From assembly GCF_036365525.1 (NCBI RefSeq), contig NC_090374.1, positions 153,296,502 to 153,360,501 on the forward strand: a DNA stretch of 64,000 bases, written 5' to 3'. Made by a program: the position numbers and the translations under genes. Below, in pieces: positions 12,380-25,416 of this stretch. How positions within the stretch are numbered: the stretch's first letter is position 1; every line of letters begins with the position of its first letter. Origin of the DNA: Heterodontus francisci (lineage: Eukaryota). The notes below the pieces were generated by a model. The model did not search any database and was not told the DNA's origin. It saw only the letters and a list, made by a program, of their open reading frames with translations.

Positions 12380-12810
12380 TGTTTGTAAGCAACTACAAAG
12401 CCAAAAGTGCCAAACTAACAATCCTACTCAGCCTCAATCTGAGGTTCCCACCATCATAGTTGCCAATGTCCAGTCAATTGGATTCACTCCATATGATATT
12501 AAGCAGTTCAGTACACCTGGCAGAGTGAAGGCTATAAGCCCTGTCAACATCACAGCTGCGGTGCTGAAGACCTGCTCCTCAAGCCAAACTGTTCTAGTAC
12601 AGCTACGACACTGACGCCTATCTATCTGGCAATGTGGGGAATTGTCCAGGTACAGCATTCCTTTTCCCCAAAAATCATGATAAATCTAACCCAGGCAATT
12701 ACTGTTCTATCAGTCTTTGCACTCTCACTATCTACTCACCAACAACCTGCTTATTGTGTTTAGTTCAGGTTCTACCGGAGTCACCTGGCTCCAGACCCCC
12801 TCATTGCTTT
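12380..12810 (+). mobile_element. Old LINE (CR1/L2 group) RT-region fragments
   Basis: Degenerate motifs including KSNPGNYCSISL. Confidence 0.55.
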
Positions 12811-12814
12811 CCTT

Positions 12815-13900
12815 AATGCTTTTTTGTTGTTGGGGATACAGAGAATTCTTTTACAACTGTGCTTAAGCCCAGCTGTAGTACATTTCTTCGAGAATACTCT
12901 TGGTCCCTCTGATCAGGCTTTGAATGTGTTTCTACATTTTCTGTTGTTCATCCAAGTGAGCCCCTTTTCCTTTCTCCCAAAGGGCTATACGAAGGCCAGT
13001 TATCCTCTTTTTCTTTCTTTCTCTGATTTTACGTGAGTTGGGATCATATTTGTTCAGTCTGCGCTTCCTGGTTTTCAAAATGTATTCACCTTGCATGCTT
13101 TGTTTTCAACCTTTTTAAGGGTATTCAGTATGCCTCCTGCTGAAGTGTTGTTGAGCAATCTCCCCCAGTTTTTGTTTAGTTTCCAAAATTTCATTAAATT
13201 TAGGTGTTATAATTTTCTGCCAGGCCCTAGGTCTCTCTTGCTGTCAGATGTTTAATCTTTTATGATTGCAGTCCCCTGGGCTGTTACAACTTCCATTTTG
13301 TGTGCATTTTCTGTGTCACTTATGAATACTGGATCAAGAGGCACATTGCCTTTCATGGATTCCTTGGTGCTCTGGGTCAAGAAACTGTCATGCACCACGT
13401 CTACCAACTCTGACGAAATGATTTGGGGATTTCCAATTTACATTTGAAGTTTTCCATTAATTAACATTTCCTGTCCCCACATACCCTTTCTATCTCTTCA
13501 TAACAAATTACTGTTCTTATGCTGACTTCAGCATGTCCCTGGGATTTTTTTTAGCATTAGTCCTGTCTCCCCAGTTTTGATCGTTTTATAGCTTTATACT
13601 TCCTAGAGCATTAACTTTTAGCTGCTGACATATATAACGAACATTACCTCTTTGTCCACTCTGAGGTTTCTCATCGCCCAATAACCCTGAATGTTGCATT
13701 TCTTTTCATCATCTGGGTGTAAACGTGTTGTTTCCGACAGCATAATGGCCCCTAGTTCCAGAATCTTTTTAATATGTACATCCTATCACAGATTTGCCTT
13801 TTTTCACATTCCTCAGTTCTTTCTAATCTTGGTAACTGTTTTCTGTGTTTTTCTCTGGGTATCTGTGAACATACCTACCTGTTGACTGACTTCAACCTGT
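12815..13900 (-). mobile_element. Ancient CR1-like LINE endonuclease remnant
   Basis: Hand translation of the minus strand gives IMLSET..NIQGY..IYV and DSFLTQSTKESMKGNVPLDPVF, degenerate CR1 APE motifs. Confidence 0.6.
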
Positions 13901-13939
13901 TTCATTAGGGATCTTGTTTTCTTCCTTGTTTTCTTTCTG

Positions 13940-14775
13940 TTGAGACGTTAAACCAAGGTCCCATCTGCCCTCTCAGGTGGACGTAAAAGATCTCCTCCAC
14001 AGCGACTGCGCTCTGGTGTCTTGAATGACCCATGGGAAGAAATTTAGACACTTTTCCCTATTGGTTGGGTTAGTGCCGAGGGGCGTTTGAGTTTACCTCA
14101 GTGTTTTTAATCAGCCCCAGGCGAAAGTCAATCTTGAAACGATCAAGTAGTAATCAGATGCCAGATTTGACCAGTTATTAGGGCTAACCAATACCAGTAC
14201 CTCAAACTGTACAGAATATGCCATTAGATAGCGGGATATGGGTTTTTTAGCCTGCTTGTGGAAGTGCATGCTCTGCAGTTGCGCTGTCACCAAATGCAGC
14301 CAAAGAAATACTCACTTTTATAGTCCTGCACCCTAACCTTAAACTACCATTAGTCATTTAACCAATTTATCCTTTTAAACTGACTTATACCTGTTTTACG
14401 TTCAGTTGGGTTGGGGGGCTGTTGAGTTTTGCAGAAAATTTGAACGTACCTTGGCATCGGTAGAAAAGGCATGGCAAACCTAGAGGACTTTTTTTTATTT
14501 AAGTAAGATTTATTAATGCTTTATTAACCAGATCCCAGAGCGCTGTTTCAAAGATGAGTAGGCGAGTTCTTCTGGTGTCCTGGCCAATATTTATCCCTCA
14601 ACATATTGTCACCCGAAACAGAGTATCTGGTCGTTATCTCATTGCTGTTTGTGGGACCTTGCTGTATGAACATTGGCTGCTGTGTTTCCTATGTTACAAA
14701 AGTGACTATACTTCAAAAATCCTTCATTGACTGTGAAATGCTGTTGGACATCCTGAGGTTGTGAAAGGTTGCTTT
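13940..14775 (+). mobile_element. DeuSINE (SacSINE1-like) split by a 537-bp insertion
   Basis: gagacgttaaaccaaggtcccatctgccctctcaggtggacgtaaaagatc resumes as agatcccagagc..ggtgtcctggccaatatttatccctcaac at 14530. Confidence 0.75.
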
Positions 14776-15358
14776 ATCCAGTAGGATACAACTGTAGCTG
14801 TAGAGCAGTTTCCAGAGTTCTCTTCTAAAATTCTGTATTTATAGCCCAAATTTTAATTGGAGCTGTTTTTTTTTTGGCATATCTGGAGAAGCCAAGCTAA
14901 CTGTTGTGACATTGATATGTGTCACGCAAAGCAGTAACAATGTCACCCTGTTGATGCAACAATGCAGCATGCGCTTCGGAAGGTTCTGTTTGTGTAAACA
15001 GAGCAGTTGGAGCTTTTTTTTATATCTCCATGGGGCTGGACAGGAGCCTCGAACCTTAAATCCATGGTCTCATTAATTTGCATTCATGCTAAGTTATTGA
15101 TACAAACAGATCTTGGTGTTCTGGTTTTGGATTTATTCACCAAAGTGGCAACAGCACTAGGCACAGCCTGTTCAAAACATTCAGGTCCACAAACATACTG
15201 GCATGAGAAATATAAGCTTAAATAGGAAGAAATTGCCCAGGCTCTTGGGGCTCAATTGTCAGGCCTCGGGAGCACAGTTTGGGTAGCTCTGTGTAAAGTT
15301 TGCAACTTCTGAGCTAGAGTAGCATTCTCTTTTTAATGTAAGTGTACTTGTTTCACAG

Positions 15359-15442
15359 GTGAACGGCCTTACAAGTGTCCACAATGTCCTTACTCAAGTT
15401 CTCAGAAAACTCATCTGACTAGGCACATGCGTACACATTCAG
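15359..15442 (+). CDS. REST: REST 84-bp internal coding exon (zinc finger 5)
   Basis: Too short for the ORF track and read by hand: tttcacag|GT GAA CGG CCT TAC AAG TGT...CAT TCA G|gttagt gives (G)[27 protein letters not shown](G). Phase 1 at both ends, fitting both neighbouring exons. Confidence 0.97.
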
Positions 15443-15548
15443 GTTAGTATAATGAGTGGTGTGTGAGCTATGTTTTATTGCATATTCAAATCAATTAATG
15501 GAAGCATGATATTGTATCTTTAAGAAAGGAGCTATCAATTTAGACACA

Positions 15549-15920
15549 GGGTGGCACAGTGGCGCAGTGGTTGGGCGGCGCAGTGGTTAGCACCGCCGCC
15601 TCACAGCTCCAGGGACCCGGGTTCAATTCTGGGTACTGCCTGTGCGGAGTTTGTAAGTTCTCCCTGTGACCGCGTGGGTTTTCGCCGTGTGCTCCGGTTT
15701 CCTCCCACCACCAAAGACTTGCAGGTGATAGGTAAATTGGCCATTGTAAATTGCCCCTAGTGTAGGTAGCTGGTAGGAAATATGGGATTACTGCAGGGTT
15801 AGTATAAATGGGTGGTTCTTGGTCGGCACAGACTCGGTGGGCCGAAGGGCCTGTTTCAGTGCTGTATCTATAAATAAAATAAAAAATAAAATAAAAATAA
15901 ATAAAAAAAAATAAAAACAA
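15549..15920 (+). mobile_element. HE1-type tRNA-derived SINE with (TAAAA)n tail
   Basis: A box tggcgcagtggtt (locally duplicated), B box ggttcaattc, CR1-like 3' tail gggccgaagggcctgtttcagtgctgtat. Confidence 0.9.
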
Positions 15921-15939
15921 GGTAGGGTCATATACTGCT

Positions 15940-16305
15940 ATGACAGTTTCAGAATTTGAATTCAGTTTTTATTTAGAAGAATCTTAAAATAAAATGGCTG
16001 GTATCAGTAAAAGTGACGATCAAGATGTTGATTAGGCATAAAAATGCAACTGGTTCACTCATGCCCATTAGGGAAGGAAACCTGACATCCTTGCCTGGTG
16101 TATCCCACATGTCACTCCAGTCCCACATCAGCATGGTTGACTCTTAACTGCCTTCTGAAGTGGCCTTACAAGCCACTCAGTTGCACCAAAGCTACTACCA
16201 GCAGTTTACAAAGAAAGCTAACCATACCACCTTGGGCTAGGATGGGCAATAAATCCAGCTGTGTCAGCAATGCTCACATCCTGAGAGTGATTTAAAAAAA
16301 AAAAT
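15940..16305 (+). mobile_element. tRNA-derived SINE family B, partial
   Basis: Shares tggttcact..ttagggaaggaaa..cacatgtcactccag..gactcttaactgcc with 25417-25756. Confidence 0.7.
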
Positions 16306-16399
16306 TAAGGTTACTCTATTCCCCAGTGATTGTTTTTACTGATATTTTACTTGGTGTCACAAATCTAACCCTCAGTTGTAAGTTACAAGAAATTTTCTT

Positions 16400-16765
16400 G
16401 ATTTCTTTTCCCTCCCTACCCTCATAAATGTCTGTCTGTTACTCCTGAAAGCAGTCTTGCTATAGAAAAGTACCCTTACTAGATGTAACCCTAGATAGCA
16501 AACACTTTGACCTTAGAAGGTGTCACAGGTGAGCCCTTTCCTATCGTCGTCTGATGTCCACATACATATGGATTCTGATATGGTTAGTGATTGGGAACAA
16601 GCGCTCTGGCTGATTTCTTTTCCCCTCCCTAAATGAGTGATGCTGAGACCAATTGTAGTCTGCCAGATGGGAACAGCTGACTTACCACAGAATTAATCCT
16701 GGACCTTTTGACTTTTATGGCTTCAGCTAGATTGTGCATTGCCTTTAACCAGTAGACCATCAGGA
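16400..16765 (-). mobile_element. Old SINE-like repeat, family C
   Basis: Degenerate reverse-complement similarity to 17325-17560 (ctacaatt, agggagggg, atcagccag). Confidence 0.45.
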
Positions 16766-17324
16766 AACTCCTTGACCATTTTAAAATATAATTTTCTGTC
16801 ATTTAGGTTATTTATAATGCAATTGAACAAGTTTAACAGTTAAGGCCGTCCATAACACTTTAAATTGATATAGTTCAGAAATTAGCCTATTTTATTTTTA
16901 AAAGAAAACAAAGTGAGTAGAGCAAAATGAATCCAGCATAAACTGACCTCTTGTATATGTTTCAGTGCATTCATGTGAATTTCCTAAAAGGTGATTTGCT
17001 TTTGGTATTTTTTTGAAGGGTTCAAACCCTTTTTCAAATTATTTTTTCAGCAACAGACTGCCTTTAGAATGCATTACTGAGCTGTTTATTACTTTCAGTT
17101 ATAACAACCACAAGAATGTCAATTTTTTCTCTCTAGAAAAATTTGAACAGTTGCAGCTGGCTGCATTGTTCCATAGCAAATGTTGATCGTAGCGGGGCTT
17201 AGGTTGAAGGTATAATATTTCTGCCCTTTATTGCAGTCGTTAAATTCAAACACGTTAGACTTTTTTTGTGTTTTGTTCTGTGTTTCAAAAAGTTCATTTT
17301 GAGTACAAAGTAATCAGCATATTT

Positions 17325-17560
17325 GTTGGTTCAGCTGGATAAGCCAATGAGCAACTGAGCGATAAGAATCAGAAACGCCCAAGGGTTGATCCCTCTCCTT
17401 GTGAGTTAACTGATCTCAGCTCGGCTGGTGTTAAGGGTGCTACAATTACCCCTGGTGTCCCTGTATTAGGAAGGGAAACATCAACCAGTAACCGTTTCCT
17501 GATTACTCTGGCGTAGTCCCCACTGGAAGTGCAAATGAGGACAGGATTGGGGATACTGTC
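17325..17560 (+). mobile_element. Old SINE-like repeat, family C
   Basis: gagttaactgatctcagc..ggtgctacaatt..gaggacaggattggg pattern with a degenerate tRNA-like head. Confidence 0.5.
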
Positions 17561-18207
17561 GCACACTTGGTTGAATGACCTGCTGACACTTGCACACAAA
17601 AGAAAGCAACTTGAACAAGCTGCTGGAAATGTAGCTGGCAACTGTGAAACTTCAATGGTTCAGTGCCTCTAAGTGATGACATTGGGAGAAAAACGGGGAA
17701 AAGCATTGTAAGTGCAAACATTGCAAACTGTTTATTCCTCCTCATTCCTTCAACTTCCACATGCAAATGGAATAAAGCTATCAGAGAGAACCACCTGTTG
17801 CTATGACAAACCTGTGTGGTTATCGCTGAACTTCATTCAATTTCTTGTACCCAAAAGGTTTTAGAGCTCCAGCAGAGTAGGCCCAGTCTGTTATTTTACT
17901 TCGGGATTCCTTGGTGCTATTCCACCTGCAGCCAAAGCCCAGCAAGCCATCAGTCCCATTCTGATATGCTATCACTCATCTTGCACTATCGCACAAAGTC
18001 AAAATTAACCCTAGAGTGTAATATCGGGGAATGTGGACCCATTAAAGACAGATATAATTCAAGCAACACATTCTTGAGGTTACAGACCTAGGATGTTAAG
18101 ATTAACTCACAGAGGCAGATGTTGCCTACAAGTGGTGATCCCTTTGCTCAAAAGGATGGGATGTTCATCTACAGGAAGGCCATGAACAGATTTGAGTTGC
18201 AAGTGAT

Positions 18208-18577
18208 AATTTTTTTTAAATATTTGTTCATGGGATGTGGGTGTCGCTGGTCCATCCCTAATTGCCCTTGAACTGAGCGGCCATTTTAGAGGGCATTTAA
18301 GAGTCAACCACGTTGCTTTGGGTGTGTGTGTCACATGTAGGCCAGACCGGATAAGGACTGCAGATTTCCTTCCCTAAAGGACGTTAGTGAACCAGATGGG
18401 TTTTTACAATAATCGATAATGGTTTCATGGACACCATTAGGCTAGATTTATTAATTTATTAATTCTAGATTTATTAGTTATCTGCCCTGGTGGGATTTGA
18501 ACCCATGTCCCCTGAGCATTAGCCTGGGCCTCTGGTTACTAGTCTAGTGACACTATCACTATGCCGCCACCTCCCCC
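18208..18577 (-). mobile_element. tRNA-derived SINE family B
   Basis: Reverse complement begins ggggaggtggcggcatagtgatagtgtcact, has B box ggttcaaatccc and an A-rich tail. Confidence 0.85.
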
Positions 18578-19429
18578 TAAATTATCTCTCTCGAATTATC
18601 TCTCTCATTTTTCAAAGACAACATTGCAACACGTTGGTGAGACTGGGCAGATATCAAACTACAGTAAGCTGCATGAGCAGCTCCATCATGTAGTTGGGGA
18701 AAGACTATCAGAAGGCCGCTTCTTTCATTTCATTTGAACCCTCTCATGATTCAAAAGAATAATTGCCATGTTATGTGCTGCGGTCCTTTAGGGAAGAAAA
18801 TCTCCCATCCTTATTCAGAATGGCCAAGATGTGACTTCAGATCCACAGCAATGTGCTTGATCCTTAACCGCCCTCTGAAGTGGCCTAGCAAGCCAGTCAG
18901 TTGTACCAACTAAAGGGAAATTAGGGATGGACAAAAAATACTGATCTTGTTAGCGACACCCATATTAAAAAATAATTGCATAAGGTATTGACATCATTGC
19001 CTTGCTGGTGTGTAGAATGATATAGAAAATGTTCCGAAAAGAGATTGAGGCTATTTACATCAATGCACCCTTCACCATAACCAGTTTGGATCATATCTGG
19101 ATTATGGATCTATGGCCATTTTTCAAACTAACCGGTTACTTGGAGAAGCTGAAGCAGTCCACCCTGGACAAAACTGTGTCCAGTGTTTTGTGTATGAAAG
19201 TTTCTTTACATTTTCCAACAATTTGCACTAATGCATGGGCATCCACAAGTTGTGAACAACAGGAAACTCTACAACAGGATTCTTGGTAACTCCATATTGG
19301 ATGAAGAAAAATTGGTTCTTGGGTCTTTTGAATTAATTATGTCTATCGAAGTACCTGTTTGAATCCAATAGGAATAGAACTGGTCTCTGATGGAGGACCA
19401 GATATTGTGTAAAACACCTCAGCGCCTTC

Positions 19430-20017
19430 AAAGAACAGTACAGCACAGGAACAGGCCATTCGGCCCTCCAAGCCTGCGCCGATCTTGATGCCTGCCTAAA
19501 CTAAAACCTTCTGCACTTCCGGGGACCGTATCCCTCTATTCCCATCCTATCCATGTATTTGTCAAGATGCCTCTTAAACGTCGCTATCGTACCTGCTTCC
19601 ACCACCTCCCCCGGCAGCAAGTTCCAGGCACTCACCACCCTCTGTGTAAAGAACTTGCCTCGCATATCCCCTCTAAACTTTGCCCCTCTCACCTTAAACC
19701 TATGTCCCCTAGTAACTGACTCTTACACCCTGGGAAAAAGCTTCTGACTATCCACTCTGTCCATGCCACTTATAACTTTGTAAACCTCTATCATGTCACC
19801 CCTCCACCTCTGTCATTCCAGTGAAAACAATCAGAGTTTATCCAACCTCTCCTCATAGCTAATGCCCTCCAGACCAGGCAACATCCTGGTAAACCTCTTC
19901 TGTACCCTCTCCAAAGCCTCCACGTCCTTCTGGTAGTGTGGCGACCAGAATTGCATGCAATATTCTAAGTGTGGCCTAACTAAAGTTCTATACAGCTGCA
20001 GCATGACTTGCCAATTT
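19430..20017 (-). mobile_element. CR1 LINE 3' fragment
   Basis: LVRPHLEYCMQFWSPHYQKD and FFTQRVVSAWNLLP followed by the CR1 3'UTR. Confidence 0.92.
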
Positions 20018-20044
20018 TTGTTTTCCATTTAACAAGTGTACAAT

Positions 20045-22185
20045 TACATACGAACATACGAATTAGGAGCAGGAGTAGGCCACTTGGCCCCTTGTGCCTG
20101 CTCCGCCATTCAATAAATTCATGGCTGAACTGATTTCTCCACATTACCACCTACTCCCGATAACCTATCTACCTCTGCCTTAAACGTATTCAAAGACTCT
20201 GCTTCCACTGCCTTTTGAGGAAGAGAGTTTCTAAGACTCACGACCCTCTGAGAGAAAAAAATTTCTTCTCATCTCTGTCTTAAATGGTTAACCCCTTATT
20301 TTTAAATAGTGACCCCCTGGTTCTAAATTCTCCCACAAGGGGAAACATCCTTTCCACATCCACCCTGTCAAGACCCCTCAGGATCTTGTATGTTTCAATC
20401 AAGTCACCTCTTACTCTTCTAAATTCCAGCAGATGCAAGCCTAGCCTATCCAATCTTTCCTCTTAAGATAACCGCCCATTCCAGGTATCAGTCTAGTAAA
20501 CCTTCTGTGAACTGCTTCCAACGCATTTACATCCTTCCTTAAATAAGGACACTGTGCACAGTACTCCAGATATGGTCGCACTGTATAGCTGAAGCATAAC
20601 CTCCCTACTTTTGTATTCTATTTCCCTCGCGATAAACGATAACATTCTGTTAGCTTTCCTAATTATGTGTTGTACCCGCATACTAAACGTTTGTGATTCA
20701 TGCACTAGGACACCCAGATCCCTTTGCATCGCAGAGCTCTGCAATCTCTCGCCATTTAGATAATATGCTTCTTTGTTATTCTTCCTGCCAAATGGGCAAC
20801 TTCGCATTTTCCCACATTATACTCCATCTGTAAGATTTTTGGCCACTTCACATAACCTATCTAAATTCCTTTGTAGCCTCCTTATGTCCTCTTCACAACC
20901 TACTAGAGTCATAGAGTTATACAGCACAGAAACAGGCCTTTCAGCCTATTGTGTCCGTGCCAGCCATCAAGCACCTATCTATTCTAATCCCATTTTCCAG
21001 CACTTCGCCCATACCCTTGTATGCTATGGCATTTCAAGTGCTCATCTAAATACTTCCTAAATGCTGTGAGGATTCCTGCCTCTATCACCCCTTCAGGCAG
21101 TGTGTTCCAGATTCCAACCACCCTTTGGGTGAAATTTTTTTCCTTCAAATCCCCTCTAAACCTCCTGCCCCTTACCTTAAATCTATGCCCCCTGTTTATT
21201 GACACCTCCGCTAAGGGAAAAAATTTCTTCCTATCTACCCTATCTATGCCCCTCATAATTCTGTATATCTCAATCAGGTCCCCCCTCAGCCTTCTCTGCT
21301 CTAAGAAAAACAATCTTAACCTATCCAGTCTCTCTTCATAGCTGAATTGCTCCAGCCCAGGCAACATCCTGGTGAATCTCCTCTGCACCCTCTCCAATGC
21401 AATCACATCCTTCCCATAGTATGGCAACCAGAACTGTACACAGTACTCCAGCTGTGGCCTAACTAGTGTTTTATACAGCTTTCCTGCCTATCTTTGTCAT
21501 CAGCAAGTTTAGCAACCATACCTTCGGTCCCTTCATCTAAGTCATTTATATAAATTGTAAAATGTTGAGGCCCCAGCACAGATCCCTGTGGCACACCACT
21601 CGTTACATCTTGCCAACCAGAAAATGACCCATTTATGCTTACTCTCTCTTTCCCGTTAGCTGGCCAATCTTCTATCCATGCCAATATGTTATCCCCTACA
21701 CCGTGAGCTTTTATTTTTTGCAATAACCTTTGATGTGGCACCTTTTCAAATGCCTTCTGGAAATCTAAGTATGATACATCCACTGGTTCCCCTTCATCCA
21801 CAGCACATGTAACTCCCTCAATGAACTCCAATAAATTGGTTAAACATGCTTTAACAAAACCATGTTGACTCTGCCTGATTGCCTTCAATTTTTCTAACTG
21901 TCCTGCTATAATGTCTTTAATAATAGCATCTAAAATTTCCATAAGACAAATGTTAAGCTCACTGGCCTGTAGTTTTCTGCTTTCTGTCTCCCTCCCTTTT
22001 TGAATAAAGGAGTTACATTTGCTATTTTCCAGTCTAGTGGAACCTTACCTGAATCGAGGGAATTTTGGAAAATTAAAACCCATCAGCTATTTCGCTAGCC
22101 ACTTCTTTTAAAACACTAGGATGAAGTCCGTCAGGGCCCAGAAACTTGTCAGCCCGCGGCTCTAACAATTTGTTCAGTATCACTC
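20045..22185 (-). mobile_element. CR1 LINE 3' half, with a second CR1 3' fragment nested at about 20905-21478
   Basis: [23 protein letters not shown]. Host sequence cacaacctact..ttcctgcctatc is split by a fragment of the same family as the 5444 element. Confidence 0.9.
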
Positions 22186-23609
22186 TGGCATCCAGATAAA
22201 CTTGCAAACTTAAAACTTAGTGGTAAGTAGAAATATTCCATCTATAGATGCATGACCTATTGGCTGCCACCCCATAGAGTGTGATATATCTGCTATTCGC
22301 CCCTATTTATTGAGGGCTATTACCTTATTTACTGAGGACTGAGTGTGGTAGTTGTTATCCACCAGTGGTGGGAAATTTAGCTGTTAAACATTCAGTGGTA
22401 TTCAGGAAAGGTGCTTGGAAAGTAGAATATTTTGAAAGGCTTACCACACCTACCCGGGACCTGAACCTTATTTTGTACCAGTTTGTGTTAAATCACTTTG
22501 ATTTCCATTGACCTGCAACTTCTTTCTTTTAAGATTGTTCTGTATTTGCTTATTGCAGCTTCAGTTTAATAAACTGTATGTCCTGATTGTAGGACATATT
22601 TTGCACGTGAGGAGAGAAATTGAGGATGAAATTTGCATTTCATATCTAAAATGTGTGTTTCAGTTTCACAAGAAGAAGTGATGCTGAAAATGTTACTCAA
22701 GTTTCTCTCATCCTAATTGGTAGTCTCATGGCCTTGGCTCTTTACTTTGGTAGAAACAAGAGCTTCCTCATTTGAATAATTTGATGTTGAACAAATAAAG
22801 AATGTTCGGTTACATACCACATTCTTGTGGACTTCCACCTTTCTTTGAAAGTCATTCAAGCTTCCAACACACAGTTTTTTTGTTGACTTGGTATAAATTT
22901 ATTTGCTGTGCTACCTGCAGCTTCCTCTCGAGTTGCTATCCAGTTCCAAAACCACGCTTATATACTCAATACATAACCGCACATCAACATTAGAACCCGT
23001 TGGTCCTTCCAGTCTAGAGTAAAAACAGTGAAATAAAATTAACTGTCTGCAGTATTCATTAAAACTGTCTGGTTAAATGGATAATATTTTTGTTTTTAGT
23101 ATTACAGAACTAGATAGGGTGTGATGGGAAGAATGCAGACACTGACTTCAAGAATTTTTGATTACTAATGAGGGCCCATTGACTGGTCACGTTGGCTGAA
23201 ATTTAGGCAGTGTATAGTGAACATAATCAGTTGACCATAAGATCATATTGGTAGAGCTAGATGTTAATTGTCAAAAAGAAATGCAAAGCATTGTAGAATT
23301 TGATCATAATGAGTCTAATTTAGGGTCAAATTGGGGTGTAGAGGTTTCATATGGGTTGCTATTTGAAAGCTACAAAAAAGGGAATGGAGAACGCAGAAAG
23401 TAGTTTGTGAGTAGTCTGTTGAACAGCAAACACCTGTTGCTGTTTATGGAAACTTTTTGCAATAAAACATTACACTGTGATTCAATCTTTGACTTTTCAT
23501 TGCTGTGTTTTTTTCTTGGCAGATTTCTTCCCTTACCACCTGCACTTCTTATTTAAATCATCCGTGGGAAGAGAGAGGGAAGAAATTAAGTCACTATCTG
23601 CTTGGGCAA

Positions 23610-23870
23610 CATGGTGGGGATTTTCATCTGCGATTCCACCCAAAATTGGGTCATTGCAGTGGAAATGGTGGGAAAATGGGGCAGTGAGGCTTATCAACCT
23701 GTTGGAGATTTTCCTCCCTCTCTTAGGACCTTTGCTGCACAATCCTTTCAGCCCACCACATACAAATGGCCCTACGGCCGAGAGGTTTTCCTTCTTTCTG
23801 CCTATGTTATGGCTGCTTCCCAGGGCAGCCATGGGAAAAATGATGGCAGACCCCAGGAGGTGGCAGTAAC
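23610..23870. mobile_element. Possible degraded non-autonomous DNA transposon (MITE-like)
   Basis: GC-richer island with repeated gattttc/gaaaat motifs in both orientations. No clean TIR pair resolved. Confidence 0.3.
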
Positions 23871-25416
23871 TGCCCTGAAGTGTTTGCTGAAGGGAGAGGG
23901 ATTTGGAATGGCTGTCTCTTTCCTCCATTCTGCCCCCAGTGAGCTACCTGTTGACAGTTCTGGTCTCTACTGAGACCTTCACTGGGCCTCCATTTCAGAT
24001 CTTCAGGCTGCTTTCTTTCTTGTAAAAATCTGACAAAAGGTTAACTTCAAGTAGTTGTTTTCTAGTTTGAAGGACCTGAATTCATGAATTGCTGCTATCC
24101 TTAAGTGTACAACTGTAGCGTACATTGGTGGTGAAGCAGGTTCACCTTGCATGAATGGTAGCATCTGCAACAAAACAATTTCACTTGACTTTGATGCTGC
24201 AGTTGTAGTTAAGTGCAGCCTGAATCTTGAACAGGGTCCTGTCCTAACAACAAAGTTAAACTCCATTTGAGGGAGTCCTAACTCTGCTACTTTCTGCAGT
24301 TAGGGTGGACCTTAATACCAAACTTGTAACACGTGTTTAGAATCAGCATGAAGCTAAAACTGCTTTGCGTCAACAGTAAACTTGTACTGTAACTCTCCAT
24401 CACCTGCACACCTGGATTTCTCAATTGAAAAAGAAACTTGGTTTTGCCAGCTTTCACAATGATTATTAGAGCTCTTATTAGTTTTCAGATCCCTTCTTGT
24501 TACTATGACTGAAGATAGGCAGCTTTACTGCTTGCAGCCATTTGCCATTGTCACTTTTTAATAGTTGCAGAGTCACATGACTTGAATTGCAATTTCTCTC
24601 CCTCATTAACTGAAATCACCTCCTCTAATAATCCAACTTCAAACGGGACCTCGTTTTGTGGAAATTGTAGTTTTGAAACCAATCCAATATAATGCAGTAT
24701 TTCAATACACTAATTTGCAACCAGACTGTTGTTTATTCTATGGGTGTTAGTGGTAACAGCACAGTCTAGTAGTGCAATCATTAACTACAATTATGATCCT
24801 TAAATAAAAGCTTGTGCTATTATAAAAGTCAGTCAAGAGCCTGTGCTCTGGTAGCATCAGTGAAGTGACCAGCTTAAACCTGTACACAGTTTTCCGATTG
24901 ATGGTCAATAATGACCTGAAATGATAATGAATTAACTCATTGAAGTTCCAGGAAATTGAGTGCTCTAAAAAAAATTTAGATATGTTGATGTTACTGGAAG
25001 TATTAACTTTTCTTAACAAATCACAGTGGTCTACTATTCAGTATTTAGGATGTTTATGGTCTAAATGCAGAATATTAATAGTTTTGCACCATTAGATGCA
25101 TGTTACTTATAGGAACTCTTTGACCTATGTGAAAAACTCAGGTGACGCATGACCAGTGGATCCTCCATACTTGCCATCATAATATCCAAGTGGTTTGACA
25201 TCCTGTGCTTGAGCTCATGTCATCAAATCTAATTTTAAGGAGAAGCCCAAGAACCACTTGCGAGCAGAATTTCATATGATGGGTAACAGCTATTTTTTCC
25301 AATTCCGACTGGCCATGTAAACTAATTGTAACTAGAAATTATTTGCTGAGTCATATGTCTTCCACAAAATGCAAATACTTGTGATCTAATGGCATAATCT
25401 GCAAATAATCTGACAG

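Noticed and set aside
15549-15630. tRNA gene
   Set aside because: The A/B boxes belong to a multi-copy SINE head followed by SINE core and tail. It is not a standalone tRNA.
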